Of a DNA stretch of 64,000 bases, positions 1 through 9,683 are shown piece by piece; positions within the stretch are counted from its first letter, which is position 1, and every line of letters starts with the position of its first letter. The notes beneath the pieces are model-generated. The model was not told the DNA's origin and searched no databases. It saw only the letters and a program-made list of their open reading frames with translations. The DNA is from an uncultured delta proteobacterium. GTDB lineage: Bacteria; Desulfobacterota; Binatia; UBA9968. The position numbers and the translations under genes were made by a program. The DNA is taken from positions 77,736-141,735 of the forward strand of contig CAVTUQ010000038.1 of the NCBI GenBank assembly GCA_963737905.1. Direction: 5' to 3'.

Positions 1-74
1 CAGAAGAGAAATGGCGGGCCGTCGCCGTGGACTTCGTAATACATCTCGGCGTCTTGAACTTTTAGGTGAGGCAT
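1..74 (-). CDS. Alpha/beta hydrolase, N-terminus only (runs off window edge)
   Basis: Manual translation MPHLKVQDAEMYYEVHGDGPPFLF, a typical alpha/beta-hydrolase start; GGAGG upstream. Confidence 0.7.
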   Translation of the reverse strand, partial: MPHLKVQDAEMYYEVHGDGPPFLF

Positions 75-150
75 GGTTTTTACCCTCCGGGTTTATTTCT
101 GCTGGCACGCTTTTCTTCGAGGGACGCAAACGGTTTGCGGTCGACACTGC

Positions 151-1197
151 CTATTTGACGCTTACACCTTGCGCGGCGTAGGCCCGGTCGATGAAGCCGC
201 TTTCATCGAGCTTACGCATGATGCGATTATCGATCACATCTTCGACTTTGATCTCACCGACTTTCGGAGTTCGGAGCTTCAACATTCGCTGCACGTTGCG
301 CAGGCCTTCCAAAGAAGCAAATGGTTTGCGATCGACGCCAACCAGCAGATCCTGATATCCGTCCTCTGCGCCTGCGGCGTCCGTTCTGAGCCGACGCGCC
401 AGTGTTTTAAGGACGGACGGTTTATTTTTGGGAGCAAGAGCAAAGGCGAGGGCTTCAATCTCCGCCTTTAAGTAACTCTCGACAATGTCCGGTCGCTGTT
501 GTAGGAACGTGTGCGGCGCGATCATAGCCTGGCCGACGATGCGTTGGTTCAAATCCGAATATTCGCCGAGGACCGTGAACCCTTTCTGCTTGAGTCGCCG
601 GCTGAATACCCCATCGAGCACCGCGGCGTCGACAATTCCCGTTTCAACGGCTTGGACTTGGACACTTTGATCGCCGACGACTTGCAACAAAATCTTATCG
701 CGTTGTGGCTCCAGCCCGAAGTGTTCAAGCCAGAGCAGCGCGCCCATCCAGGTCGTGCCCCCTATGCTCGTAAGGCCGAATGTTTTGCCGCGCAAATCCT
801 CGGCGCGTTTAATGCTGGGCCGCGCGATCAGGTCATAGGTGTTATGGCTGGAAAAAGTGGCCACGAGTTTAAAATCGTAACCGCCGCCAACGGCTGCGAG
901 CATTGCGCTCCCGCCGCTGCGGCCGAGCTGCATGTCACCCGACGCGAGACCGGCCACCAACGTCGGCGCGCCGCGCAGATAAACTGGTTGGGCGTCGAGG
1001 CCGTATTTGGCAAAGAGCCCTTGCTCTTCGGCGATCCAAAGAGCGGAGATGCGAGCATTCAACGCGGCGTAGCCAACGATCAACTTGAAAGGCGCGGAGG
1101 CGGCGTAGGAAGGAGCGTCACAGGTCACGAGGATAAAAGCAGTAACGATGCATCCCAAAATCCAACTCATGGCTACCCTCATGGATGAATGAATCAT
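151..1197 (-). CDS. ABC-type substrate-binding protein, SsuA/THI5(NMT1)-like
   Basis: Signal peptide; LWIAEEQGLFAKYGLD, DLRGKTFG and C-terminal IDNRIMRKLDESGFI motifs. Confidence 0.85.
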   Translation of the reverse strand: MIHSSMRVAMSWILGCIVTAFILVTCDAPSYAASAPFKLIVGYAALNARISALWIAEEQGLFAKYGLDAQPVYLRGAPTLVAGLASGDMQLGRSGGSAMLAAVGGGYDFKLVATFSSHNTYDLIARPSIKRAEDLRGKTFGLTSIGGTTWMGALLWLEHFGLEPQRDKILLQVVGDQSVQVQAVETGIVDAAVLDGVFSRRLKQKGFTVLGEYSDLNQRIVGQAMIAPHTFLQQRPDIVESYLKAEIEALAFALAPKNKPSVLKTLARRLRTDAAGAEDGYQDLLVGVDRKPFASLEGLRNVQRMLKLRTPKVGEIKVEDVIDNRIMRKLDESGFIDRAYAAQGVSVK

Positions 1198-1331
1198 TAC
1201 TCTACCCCGTTCTCAGCATAGATCCGGCCAATATAACCGCAGCGTGATCGTTCAGGCTGGGACAAAAAATTAAGGTCAAAAAGATAAACGAGAGTCTCAT
1301 GGTATGACTTGGAAACATAATACGGCAAATG

Positions 1332-2172
1332 TCAACTGTCGAACTGCGCCAGCCACTGATAGATGATCTCGACAATCTCCGCCGTGTGCTTATTGTAAAA
1401 ATGATTGCCTCCGTCGACCAGCTTATAGATTGAGTTGGCACCCGCGGCAGCGACCAGCTCTTCGCGCGTATTCATGAAAAAACTTGGGCTCGGCGCTGCC
1501 GACGATGGCGAGCAAGGGGCAGCCGAGCCGCTTTGCGTAGGGACGGCAATCGTTGCGATCGTCTTTGCCGTATTTGTCCAAATGTGTACGGGCGGTAAAG
1601 ATTCCCGGTGTGGCACCCACGGCGACGGACAATAACTCTTCACCCCTGCTCTCAGCGACCATAGTTTCAGCTCTTTCTATGGTTTCGCGAAACCCGGGCT
1701 GCCGGGAAATCCGCTCGGAATAGAATTGCTTTGGGGCGGAGCAAGACACGATGCTGACCACGTCCGCACGTTGGCGCGTGCCCTGGTAGATGATCGATTT
1801 GATAGCTCCCAAACTATGGCCGATGAGCACGAAGCGGCGATAGCCTTGCTTTTCGAGGTAATTCAAAGCCCCGTCAAAATCGAATAAGCAGTCGTCAAGA
1901 TTTTCGTAAGCCGACCCGCCGAATTTAGTTAGATTGCCGACGCGGGCAATCCAGTCGTGGCCGCGGGTATTGATCACAAAGCAATGGTAGCGGCGTTGCG
2001 CCAGCTCCTGCCCGAAACTCGCCAACGGCGGCAAATAAAAATTCATCGCTACGCCGTGAACAAACACCAGTGCAAGATCCGAGCGTTCCTCTGGCGGCGT
2101 GAAGAGCAGGCCGTGGAGTCTCTCGTTGTCGGCGGTTTTGAAACTACAGAGTTGCGTGTGGATGCTCATCAA
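1332..2172 (-). CDS. Alpha/beta hydrolase (DUF1749-like), frameshifted near 1462
   Basis: HG oxyanion motif and GHSLG nucleophile; the C-terminal GGNHFY catalytic-His segment is in a second frame (ORF 1332..1643). Confidence 0.75.
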
Positions 2173-2200
2173 TGGTTTTTGCTCATTTCGTCTTGCGCTA

Positions 2201-3235
2201 TTATTTTATTCCGTACTCGGCATAGAGGCGATCGAAGAAGCCGCTGTCATCGATTTTCTTCAAGACGCTTGAATCGACGAGGTTTTCTACTTTGACATCG
2301 CCGATGCGGGGATTTTGGCTTTTCATGAGACGCTGCAGGATTTTGAGCCCATCCATCGAAACGTAGGGTTTGCGGTATTCTTCCAGGCGGATCAAGGTGA
2401 AAACATCTTGATAGGCGCCCTCCGCGGCGGAAAGATCGCTTAGCTTGAATTGTTTGCTAATGGTCTCTAGCACGGCGGGTTTGTTCTTGGGCCCCGTGAT
2501 AAATACCATGCTTTCGATAAGGGCCTTGAGTACGCTCTCTAGAGTGTCGGTGTTTTGCTGGAGATAAGGTTTTTCCACGAGGACGGTCATCCCCACGGAA
2601 GGTAGCCTTGTTTGCTCACACCGCCCCAGGACCACGAATCCCTTCTCGGCCAACCGGCGGCTCAAAAAACCCGGGACGACGGTGGCGTCGATGCGGCCGG
2701 TTTCAAGGGCCTGGCTTAGAATCGTCACATCACCAATGACGATCATCTGAATATTGTCACGCTTTTCATCCATACCAAAGTGCTCGAGCCAAACCGTAGC
2801 CGTTTTCCACACGCCGCCGCCAATGCTCTGGATGCCGAAGCGCTTGCCGCGCAAATCTTTCGGACTATTGATTCCCGGTCGGGCGACGAGATCTAGGTTT
2901 TCTCGGCTGCTCAAGCTGGCTACCATCTGTAACTCTTTGCCGCCCACCGCCGCGGCGAGGGCTGTCGTTGCGCCGCCGTAGGCGATTTGGGTATCGCCTG
3001 ATGCGAGAGTGGCAATCTGCGCCGGGTTGCCGCGCACCCAGACGACTTTGGATTTAATGCCGTATTTGCCAAAGAAGTTTTGACGTTGGGCAACCCAGAG
3101 GGGGATTGCCGACGTGCTCATGCTTGCATGGGTGATGATGACTTCGGCCGGAGCGGCGAACAGCTCGGCTCTAGCGGTCAAGACCAAAACGATCGAAAGC
3201 AAGCTTGCGCGCACCATCCTGACAGCTCGCTTCAT
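2201..3235 (-). CDS. ABC-type substrate-binding protein, SsuA/THI5-like
   Basis: Signal peptide; LWVAQRQNFFGKYGI, DLRGKRFG and VDSSVLKKIDDSGFF; paralog of 151..1197. Confidence 0.85.
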   Translation of the reverse strand: MKRAVRMVRASLLSIVLVLTARAELFAAPAEVIITHASMSTSAIPLWVAQRQNFFGKYGIKSKVVWVRGNPAQIATLASGDTQIAYGGATTALAAAVGGKELQMVASLSSRENLDLVARPGINSPKDLRGKRFGIQSIGGGVWKTATVWLEHFGMDEKRDNIQMIVIGDVTILSQALETGRIDATVVPGFLSRRLAEKGFVVLGRCEQTRLPSVGMTVLVEKPYLQQNTDTLESVLKALIESMVFITGPKNKPAVLETISKQFKLSDLSAAEGAYQDVFTLIRLEEYRKPYVSMDGLKILQRLMKSQNPRIGDVKVENLVDSSVLKKIDDSGFFDRLYAEYGIK

Positions 3236-3369
3236 GGGTCACCTCCGACGTTTGTTGGGCAAGTTACCGAACCGGTTAAGGATTTGGAGAATATAGCCGC
3301 AATCGATTTGTTCCGGCAACATAAAAAATGAGGGTTGTGTGGCGTGTAGGCTCGGGGGCGTCTCGGTTC

Positions 3370-3398
3370 TTGACATTTCTAATCAACTTACTTAGGAT
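3370..3398 (+). promoter_or_regulatory. Sigma70-type promoter of the Rrf2/sulfur operon
   Basis: TTGACA (3370-3375), 17 bp, TAGGAT (3393-3398). Confidence 0.6.
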
Positions 3399-3426
3399 CG
3401 GTTACCTAGTAAAGGCACGACGACTT

Positions 3427-3861
3427 ATGAAGGTCAGTTCAAAAGGCCATTACGGATTACTTGCTCTAGCCGAGCTTGTCGACAATTACAAACTTCGGCG
3501 GGCCGTACAGGTGAAGGAAATCGCCAAGAACCAGCAGATACCCCCCGAGTACCTGGGGCAGATTATGGTCTTGTTGAAGCGGGGGCGGCTCGTTCACGGC
3601 TCACGCGGGCCTGCGGGGGGTTATATACTCGCCCGTCCTCCGGAGACGATTACGGTTAGAGAGGTGTTGCATGTGCTCGAGGGGCCGTTGGTGGGGATCG
3701 ATCTACGGCCGGGCACACATGGCAGGGGAATGTCTCCGGTGACCCAGCGGTTGGTCGAGACCTGGGCACGAGGCGTCAAAGCGATGGAGAACATTCTCGA
3801 CGAAATGACCTTGGCTGAGTTGTGTAAACCGGAACCGGCGGCGCTGATGTACTACATTTGA
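3427..3861 (+). CDS. Rrf2 family transcriptional regulator, CymR-like
   Basis: MKVSSKGHYG...EYLGQI...SRGPAGGY Rrf2 motifs; lacks the IscR Cys triad; ends MYYI like the CymR tail; heads a sulfur operon. Confidence 0.88.
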   Translation: MKVSSKGHYGLLALAELVDNYKLRRAVQVKEIAKNQQIPPEYLGQIMVLLKRGRLVHGSRGPAGGYILARPPETITVREVLHVLEGPLVGIDLRPGTHGRGMSPVTQRLVETWARGVKAMENILDEMTLAELCKPEPAALMYYI

Positions 3862-3880
3862 AAAATTTTTGGCGGTATTT

Positions 3881-3906
3881 CTGACTAAATAAATTTGAAA
3901 AGTCAG
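3881..3906. promoter_or_regulatory. Inverted repeat, candidate Rrf2 operator upstream of sulfite reductase
   Basis: CTGACT-N14(AT-rich)-AGTCAG. Confidence 0.35.
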
Positions 3907-3941
3907 GTTCAAGCCAAACTCTGAGTCAAAGGAGATAGGCC

Positions 3942-6236
3942 GTGGAAAAAAGCCCTACCTGGAAAGAAAAGGTCGCCGAGAAAATACCGCCGGAACTGGC
4001 GCGGGAGATCGACATCTTCGAGCAACAAATGGAGCTCCGAAAGCAGGGGAAGATCGACGAAAAGGTCTTTGCCGAGACTCGCTTGCGGCGCGGCATCTAT
4101 GGGCAGCGTTATGATAATGGACAGCGGCACGACGGCAAACGCATCCAGAAGCTCAAACTTCCAGCGGACGTTATCAAGGGACCGGATACACTATGGGACG
4201 CGCCGGGCATGATGCGCATCAAGATTCCGTTTGGCGGGCTCAATCCGGAACAACTGGAGGTTCTCGCGGAGCTGTCGGAGGAATATGCGGATGGTGTCTC
4301 CCATGTGACTACCCGCCAGGACATTCAATTTCATTTCGTCCACATTGACGACACGCCTTCGTTGATGCGCCGTCTCGCGGCTGTTGGAATCACGACGCGG
4401 GAAGCCTGCGGCAACGTGGTCCGTAACGTGACGGCTTGCCCCTTGGCGGGCATCTGCCGCGACGAAACCTTTGACACGACGCCTTATGCCAAAGCCTGCT
4501 CAAGGTTCTTGCTGGGGCACCCCGATACACAGGACTTTGGCCGCAAGTTTAAAATCGCCTTCTCGGGTTGCCAGCAGCATCCCTGCGGTCTGGTGACCAT
4601 GCATGACATGGGCGCCATCGCCAAGACGAGAATCGTCGACGGCAAGGAAAAGCGCGGCTTCGCGGTTTACGTCGGCGGCGGTCTCGGCTCAGTCCCGTAC
4701 AAGGCGAAGTTGTTCGATGAATTTCTGCCTGAAGAAGAGCTCTTGCCGATATCCCAGGCTATCTCGCGGGTGTTCGCGCGTTTGGGTGAAAAACGGAATC
4801 GCGCCCGGGCACGGGTGAAGTTTCTCATCGCGAATCTTGGCATCGATGAGTTTCGCAAGCTCGTTCTGGCAGAGCGCCAAAAGCTGGCCAATGATCGACG
4901 CTGGACGGCCCACCTGGCATCGGTTAATGACCAAACGGAAGAGCCGCTTAAACCCGGAGTAAGCTTGAACGGCAGCGAACGGCCGGAAGGTTTCGATGCC
5001 TGGTACGCCACCAATGTATACAGGCAAAGGCAACCCGGATATGTAGCCGCCACGGTAACCTTGCCGTTGGGTGATGCCAGCGCCGACCAATTGCGGGCGC
5101 TCGCCGACATCGCCCGGCGTTTCGTTAAAGATACGATACGCACCACAGTGGAGCAAAACATTCTCTTCCGTTGGGTAAGCGAGGCGGACCTGCCGGAGTT
5201 TTACCGAGCGATCAAAGCCATCGGTCTCGGCGCGCCGGACGCGGCTACTATCGTAGACGTCACGGCCTGCCCGGGCACGGATACCTGCAAATTGGGAATC
5301 GCGTCGTCCCGCGGTCTCGCACGGGAGTTGCGCTATCGATTGGGCGAGAAGAGCTTGCAGCTCGATGAAGCGGTGAAGAATCTGCGCATCAAAGTCAGCG
5401 GCTGCTTCAATTCCTGCGGCCAGCATCACATCGCCGACATTGGCTTTTACGGCATCAACCGCAACGTGAAAGGATTTCAGGTGCCCCATTTCCAGGTGAT
5501 TCTCGGCGGAAAGTTTCATGACAACGCCGGTGAGTATGGTGTTCCCATTGGCGCCGTTCCGTCCAAGCGGATACCGGAGGCGGTGCTATCGATCACTGAG
5601 TACTATGTGCGCAAGCGTCTGAAGGACGAACGCTTCCAGGATTTCGTCCGGCGCATCGGCAAAAAAGAGATCAAAGACTTGTTGGAGGATTTGACCAAAA
5701 TTCCCGACCACGACGTGGATCGCGCCTACTACAGCGATTGGGGCGACCCCCGGGAGTTCACTCTAGCGGACATGGGAATCGGTGAGTGCGCCGGCGAGGT
5801 GGTGAGCCAGGCTGAGTTTACTCTGGCTGCCAGCGAACGCGAGTTGTTCGAGGCGCAGTTGCTCTTGGATGGCGGTCGGCCAGAAGAGGCCGCGAAAACG
5901 GCGTATGCTTCTATGGTGCGCGCTGCGCAAGGGTTGGTCAAGGCGCAAGATCCCGCCATTTCAGAAGATGAAAATCAAATTCTCGCCGAGTTCACCAGAC
6001 GCTTTTACGAAACGCAGCTCTTCTGGGACAAGTATGCCGGCGGAAAATTCGCCGAGTACATGTTCAAGGCCAAGGAATTTGTCGGGGCGGGCAAGGCCGT
6101 GGATGCCGATCGCGCCGTACAATTGGTGCAGGAAGCGCAGTTGTTCATCGACGCGGCGCATGATTGTCACAACAAGCTGCGCGGCGGCGTGGCGAACGGA
6201 GTGAAGTTGGATAACGTTGCGCAACCCAGCGCTTAG
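3942..6236 (+). CDS. sir: Ferredoxin-type nitrite/sulfite reductase (siroheme-[4Fe-4S]) with C-terminal HEPN-like extension
   Basis: TTRQDIQ, ACGNVVRN, RKFKIAFSGC, CPGTDTC and SGCFNSCGQH cluster/siroheme ligands; context cysH/cysG/cysN. Confidence 0.9.
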   Translation: MEKSPTWKEKVAEKIPPELAREIDIFEQQMELRKQGKIDEKVFAETRLRRGIYGQRYDNGQRHDGKRIQKLKLPADVIKGPDTLWDAPGMMRIKIPFGGLNPEQLEVLAELSEEYADGVSHVTTRQDIQFHFVHIDDTPSLMRRLAAVGITTREACGNVVRNVTACPLAGICRDETFDTTPYAKACSRFLLGHPDTQDFGRKFKIAFSGCQQHPCGLVTMHDMGAIAKTRIVDGKEKRGFAVYVGGGLGSVPYKAKLFDEFLPEEELLPISQAISRVFARLGEKRNRARARVKFLIANLGIDEFRKLVLAERQKLANDRRWTAHLASVNDQTEEPLKPGVSLNGSERPEGFDAWYATNVYRQRQPGYVAATVTLPLGDASADQLRALADIARRFVKDTIRTTVEQNILFRWVSEADLPEFYRAIKAIGLGAPDAATIVDVTACPGTDTCKLGIASSRGLARELRYRLGEKSLQLDEAVKNLRIKVSGCFNSCGQHHIADIGFYGINRNVKGFQVPHFQVILGGKFHDNAGEYGVPIGAVPSKRIPEAVLSITEYYVRKRLKDERFQDFVRRIGKKEIKDLLEDLTKIPDHDVDRAYYSDWGDPREFTLADMGIGECAGEVVSQAEFTLAASERELFEAQLLLDGGRPEEAAKTAYASMVRAAQGLVKAQDPAISEDENQILAEFTRRFYETQLFWDKYAGGKFAEYMFKAKEFVGAGKAVDADRAVQLVQEAQLFIDAAHDCHNKLRGGVANGVKLDNVAQPSA

Positions 6237-6251
6237 TTCGTTTTCAAAACA

Positions 6252-6830
6252 ATGGAACTGCAAAAGATCAACGTAAAGGTTTTTACCGCGGAGCCCAACA
6301 AGGTTTCGTTGACGGACTTTATCGATGTCTTTCACGGCTGGATTCAAGCCACAGACGGCGTCTACCACGACGTTGCCGACTACAGCCATATGCAGGCCGG
6401 TCCGGGGGTCATCTTGGTGGCCGAGGACGCCAACGTCGGTATCGACGAGACCGGCGATCGGCGCGGGCTTCTCTATAGTCAAAAAAGTAAACTTAGCGGG
6501 TCGAACCTGGAGAAATTGAGCACCGTATTGCGGTCTGCTTTGGAAAATTGCCGGCGGTTGGAGCAAGAGCCGGCGCTGGACGGCAAATTGAGATTTGCGG
6601 GGAATCAAGTGGAGATTTCGGTCAATGACCGTTTGCTTGCGCCGAATATTAGCGAGACTTTTGAGGAGCTCCGGCCCGAAATTGATTTCTTGGCGCGGCG
6701 CCTCTATTCCAGTACGAATTTTACTTTGCGCCAGAACCGGCAAGATCCAAGACATCGGTTGAACGTGATCCTTAGCACACCGTTGTCATTTGAAACGAAA
6801 ACATTGTTGAACAATCTACAAGCGATTTAG
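6252..6830 (+). CDS. Hypothetical protein in the sulfite reductase operon
   Basis: 192-aa ORF tightly packed between sir and the cysH remnant; FHGWIQ...DVADYSH...GPGVIL segment. Confidence 0.7.
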   Translation: MELQKINVKVFTAEPNKVSLTDFIDVFHGWIQATDGVYHDVADYSHMQAGPGVILVAEDANVGIDETGDRRGLLYSQKSKLSGSNLEKLSTVLRSALENCRRLEQEPALDGKLRFAGNQVEISVNDRLLAPNISETFEELRPEIDFLARRLYSSTNFTLRQNRQDPRHRLNVILSTPLSFETKTLLNNLQAI

Positions 6831-6837
6831 CAGAGCA

Positions 6838-7056
6838 ATGAACCTCGCGAGGAGCTACGACGACGTGTGGGATTACATACGAAAAAACAATGTCCCTTAC
6901 AATCGCCTTCATAAACAAGGCTATCCCAGCATCGGCTGCGCTCCCTGCACGCGGGCGGTGAACCCAGGAGAGGATCTCCGTGCGGGCCGCTGGTGGTGGG
7001 AAAATCCGGATACCAAAGAGTGCGGGCTGCACGTGAGCGCGGAAGCGAAGGTCTAA
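6838..7056 (+). pseudogene. cysH: APS/PAPS reductase remnant (C-terminal ~65 aa only)
   Basis: [31 protein letters not shown]...GRWWWE...KECGLH is the CysH C-terminus; most of the protein is absent. Confidence 0.85.
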
Positions 7057-7060
7057 AAGC

Positions 7061-7690
7061 GTGGGTTACTATCCCGTTTTTCTCGAAATGAAACAGCGTC
7101 GTTGCGTTGTCATCGGCGGCGGAAGAGTCGCAGAAAGAAAAGTCGAAGGACTCGTGGCCGCCGGAGCACGCGTGACTATTATCAGCCCGGCGATTACGGA
7201 GGGACTACGGCGTTTGCTCACGCAAGGCGCGATCCGCCACTTGGCGCGCGAACAACGCTCAGGCGATCTGGCGGGTTACGAGCTGGCCTTTGTCGCCATG
7301 GATGATCCGGAGTTGAATGTAGCGGCGTGCAGGGAGGCGCGCTCGCGATACGTTTGGGTGAATAGCGCAGACGACCCGGCGCAATGTGATTTTATCTTGC
7401 CGGCGGTGATTCGGCGCGGCGACCTAGCGGTGGCACTTTCGACCGGCGGCGTGAGTCCAGCAGTGACTCGCGCCATCCGCGAGGAGCTCGACGAGTACCT
7501 GACGGCGGACTACGCCGGGTTTGTTCAGATAGCAGGCGAGGTGCGCAGAGAGCTGCGGGCAAGGTCCGTTTTTCCAGATGCGAGCGCATGGAACCGGGCG
7601 CTGCAGGGAGACTTCCGTCGCTTGGTTAAGGAGGGACAACCAGGGCAAGCGAAAGAGCTTTTGCTGGAAACGTTAGGAGCCAAACCATGA
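7061..7690 (+). CDS. Precorrin-2 dehydrogenase / sirohydrochlorin ferrochelatase (CysG-N/SirC-like)
   Basis: YYPVFL...VIGGGRVAERK, VNSADDP..CDF and STGGVSP motifs. Confidence 0.9.
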   Translation: MGYYPVFLEMKQRRCVVIGGGRVAERKVEGLVAAGARVTIISPAITEGLRRLLTQGAIRHLAREQRSGDLAGYELAFVAMDDPELNVAACREARSRYVWVNSADDPAQCDFILPAVIRRGDLAVALSTGGVSPAVTRAIREELDEYLTADYAGFVQIAGEVRRELRARSVFPDASAWNRALQGDFRRLVKEGQPGQAKELLLETLGAKP

Positions 7691-8484
7691 GGACGGGCAA
7701 AGTCTATCTCGTCGGCGCGGGGCCGGGGGATCCGGGCCTGATCACGGTCCGCGGGTTGCAGTTGCTGCACAGCGCTCAGGTGATCGTTTACGATCAGTTG
7801 GTGAACCCTGCGCTCCTTGAAGAGACGCCGTCCACGGCCATCAGGATTTTTGTCGGCAAGCAAGCCGGACGCCATTGTATCGCTCAGGAAGAAATCAACC
7901 AGATACTCATCGACCATGCCCGGCTGGGTCACGAGGTTGTGCGACTCAAGGGCGGCGATCCTTTCGTTTTTGGTCGCGGCGGGGAAGAGGCGGAGGCGCT
8001 GTCTGATGCAGGGATCTGCTTTGAAATCGTCCCAGGTGTCAGCTCTGCGGTTGCGGTGCCGGCCTACGCCGGTATTCCGATGACTCACAGAAAGTTCGCG
8101 TCGTCTTTCGCCGTAGTGACGGGACATGAAGCGCATAAGGGGAAATCCGCCGTGGACTGGGGCAAGCTGGCCACAGCGGTGGACACGCTCGTTATCTTAA
8201 TGGGGCTGCACAATCTGCCGGCCATCGTGGCCAGGCTCATCACTCACGGCCGGTCGCCGGAAACTCCTGCAGCGGTCATTCGACGGGGAACCACCTCTGA
8301 GCAAGAAACGGTGATCGGGACCCTCGCGGATATCGTGGAGAAGAGCGCGTCGCTCGAGGCGCCAGCGTTGATCGTTATCGGTGAAGTGGTTGAGCTGAGA
8401 AACCAACTCGACTGGTTCTCTCCCGACACGGATTCTCCAGAGGAAACATGGTCGTCGGGCGAAGAAGAATTCATCGGCATCTAA
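7687..8484 (+). CDS. cobA: Uroporphyrinogen-III C-methyltransferase
   Basis: VYLVGAGPGDPGLIT, RLKGGDPFVFGRGGEE, VPGVSS and AGIPMTHR. Confidence 0.95.
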   Translation: MRTGKVYLVGAGPGDPGLITVRGLQLLHSAQVIVYDQLVNPALLEETPSTAIRIFVGKQAGRHCIAQEEINQILIDHARLGHEVVRLKGGDPFVFGRGGEEAEALSDAGICFEIVPGVSSAVAVPAYAGIPMTHRKFASSFAVVTGHEAHKGKSAVDWGKLATAVDTLVILMGLHNLPAIVARLITHGRSPETPAAVIRRGTTSEQETVIGTLADIVEKSASLEAPALIVIGEVVELRNQLDWFSPDTDSPEETWSSGEEEFIGI

Positions 8485-8607
8485 TATTTTGATTAGGCAT
8501 CGTTATGGAAACAACTTTCAACTTTGATTCAAACAGATATACACCGCGGGCACTGGGATTCAGGATGAAGTCACGCCTCCCGGCCACCGAGTTTAGCCGC
8601 CCCGGCG

Positions 8608-8775
8608 ATGGCTCACCTGGAGGCGCTGGAGAGCGAATTCGACATTGCCCGAGTCGATGTCAAAGCACAGCAACCCTTTGTCATTGACAGCTACGCGCGC
8701 AACCGCTCCACGGGGAGTTTTATCGTCATCGACGAGAATACCCATAGCACCGTCGCTGCCGGCATGATCGTTTAG
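8608..8775 (+). pseudogene. cysD'-'cysN deletion-fusion remnant (55 aa)
   Basis: Manual translation MAHLEALESE (CysD N-terminal motif) joined in frame to F-DIARVDVKAQQPFVIDSYARNRSTGSFIVIDENTHSTVAAGMIV* (CysN C-terminus). Confidence 0.75.
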
Positions 8776-8831
8776 CGGTGTCCTCAGGAAGCCGCGGTAG
8801 GTCATGAGTGCCCTTTAGAATGGCTGTCGCC

Positions 8832-9683
8832 ATGGAAACGAACTCCCGAACCGGCCTGCAAGGACTTAGAATTATTTCTTTTGAAAGCCGTCGCGCAAAA
8901 GAGATGGCGGAGTTGATTCGCCGTCACGGTGGTGAGCCCATCGTCGCGCCGTCCATGCGCGAGGTGCCTCTCGCCGAAAACAACGCTCCATTAGAGCTTT
9001 TCCAAAAAATAGAAGCCAGACAGATCGATTTGGTTGTCCTGCTCACCGGAGTCGGCACGCGAACCATGGTGGATGCGCTCGCCATTCACTATTCACGGGA
9101 ACGGATCGCGTCGCTGCTCGGTAGCGTGACCCTTCTGGCTCGGGGACCGAAGCCAGTTGCGGCGCTGAAAGAGCTGGAGTTGCAGCCGGCGTTTACGGCG
9201 CCGGAGCCCAATACTTGGAAAGAAGTGCTCGCGGTTCTGGATTCCAATGTCCCGCTCAAGGGAAAGCGCATCGCCGTTCAAGAATACGGCATTACCAATC
9301 AGGAGCTACTCTCCGGACTAGAGGCGCGTGGCGCCGAAATATTGCGGGTGCCGGTGTATCGCTGGGCGTTGCCGGAGAATATCGCTCCCCTACAAGCCGC
9401 CATCCGCGAGATCGTAGAAGCTCAAGCCGATGTCGTCGTCTTTACGAGCGCGACCCAAGTGGAAAACGTCTTCCAATTGGCACAACAAGATGGATTGGAC
9501 GCCAAGCTGTCCAAAGCCTTGGTACAACCTTTAGTCGTTTCCATCGGCCCAGTGTGCAGTGAGGCTCTAGCACGCTTCGGCCTCAAGCCCGACTTCGAAC
9601 CTCGGCATCCCAAGATGGGCTTTATGATCGGTGAATTGGCGGCCTCGGCGCAGAAGCTGTTGAATGCGAAGCGCCAAAATTAG
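8832..9683 (+). CDS. hemD: Uroporphyrinogen-III synthase
   Basis: ESRRAKEM, LTGVG, ARGPKP, VQEYG, VYRW, FTSATQV and SIGP motifs; siroheme context. Confidence 0.85.
   Translation: METNSRTGLQGLRIISFESRRAKEMAELIRRHGGEPIVAPSMREVPLAENNAPLELFQKIEARQIDLVVLLTGVGTRTMVDALAIHYSRERIASLLGSVTLLARGPKPVAALKELELQPAFTAPEPNTWKEVLAVLDSNVPLKGKRIAVQEYGITNQELLSGLEARGAEILRVPVYRWALPENIAPLQAAIREIVEAQADVVVFTSATQVENVFQLAQQDGLDAKLSKALVQPLVVSIGPVCSEALARFGLKPDFEPRHPKMGFMIGELAASAQKLLNAKRQN

Noticed and set aside
8505-8687. 60-aa ORF after cobA as an independent gene
   Set aside because: No recognisable motif; the CysD/CysN similarity lies in another frame (8608-8775).
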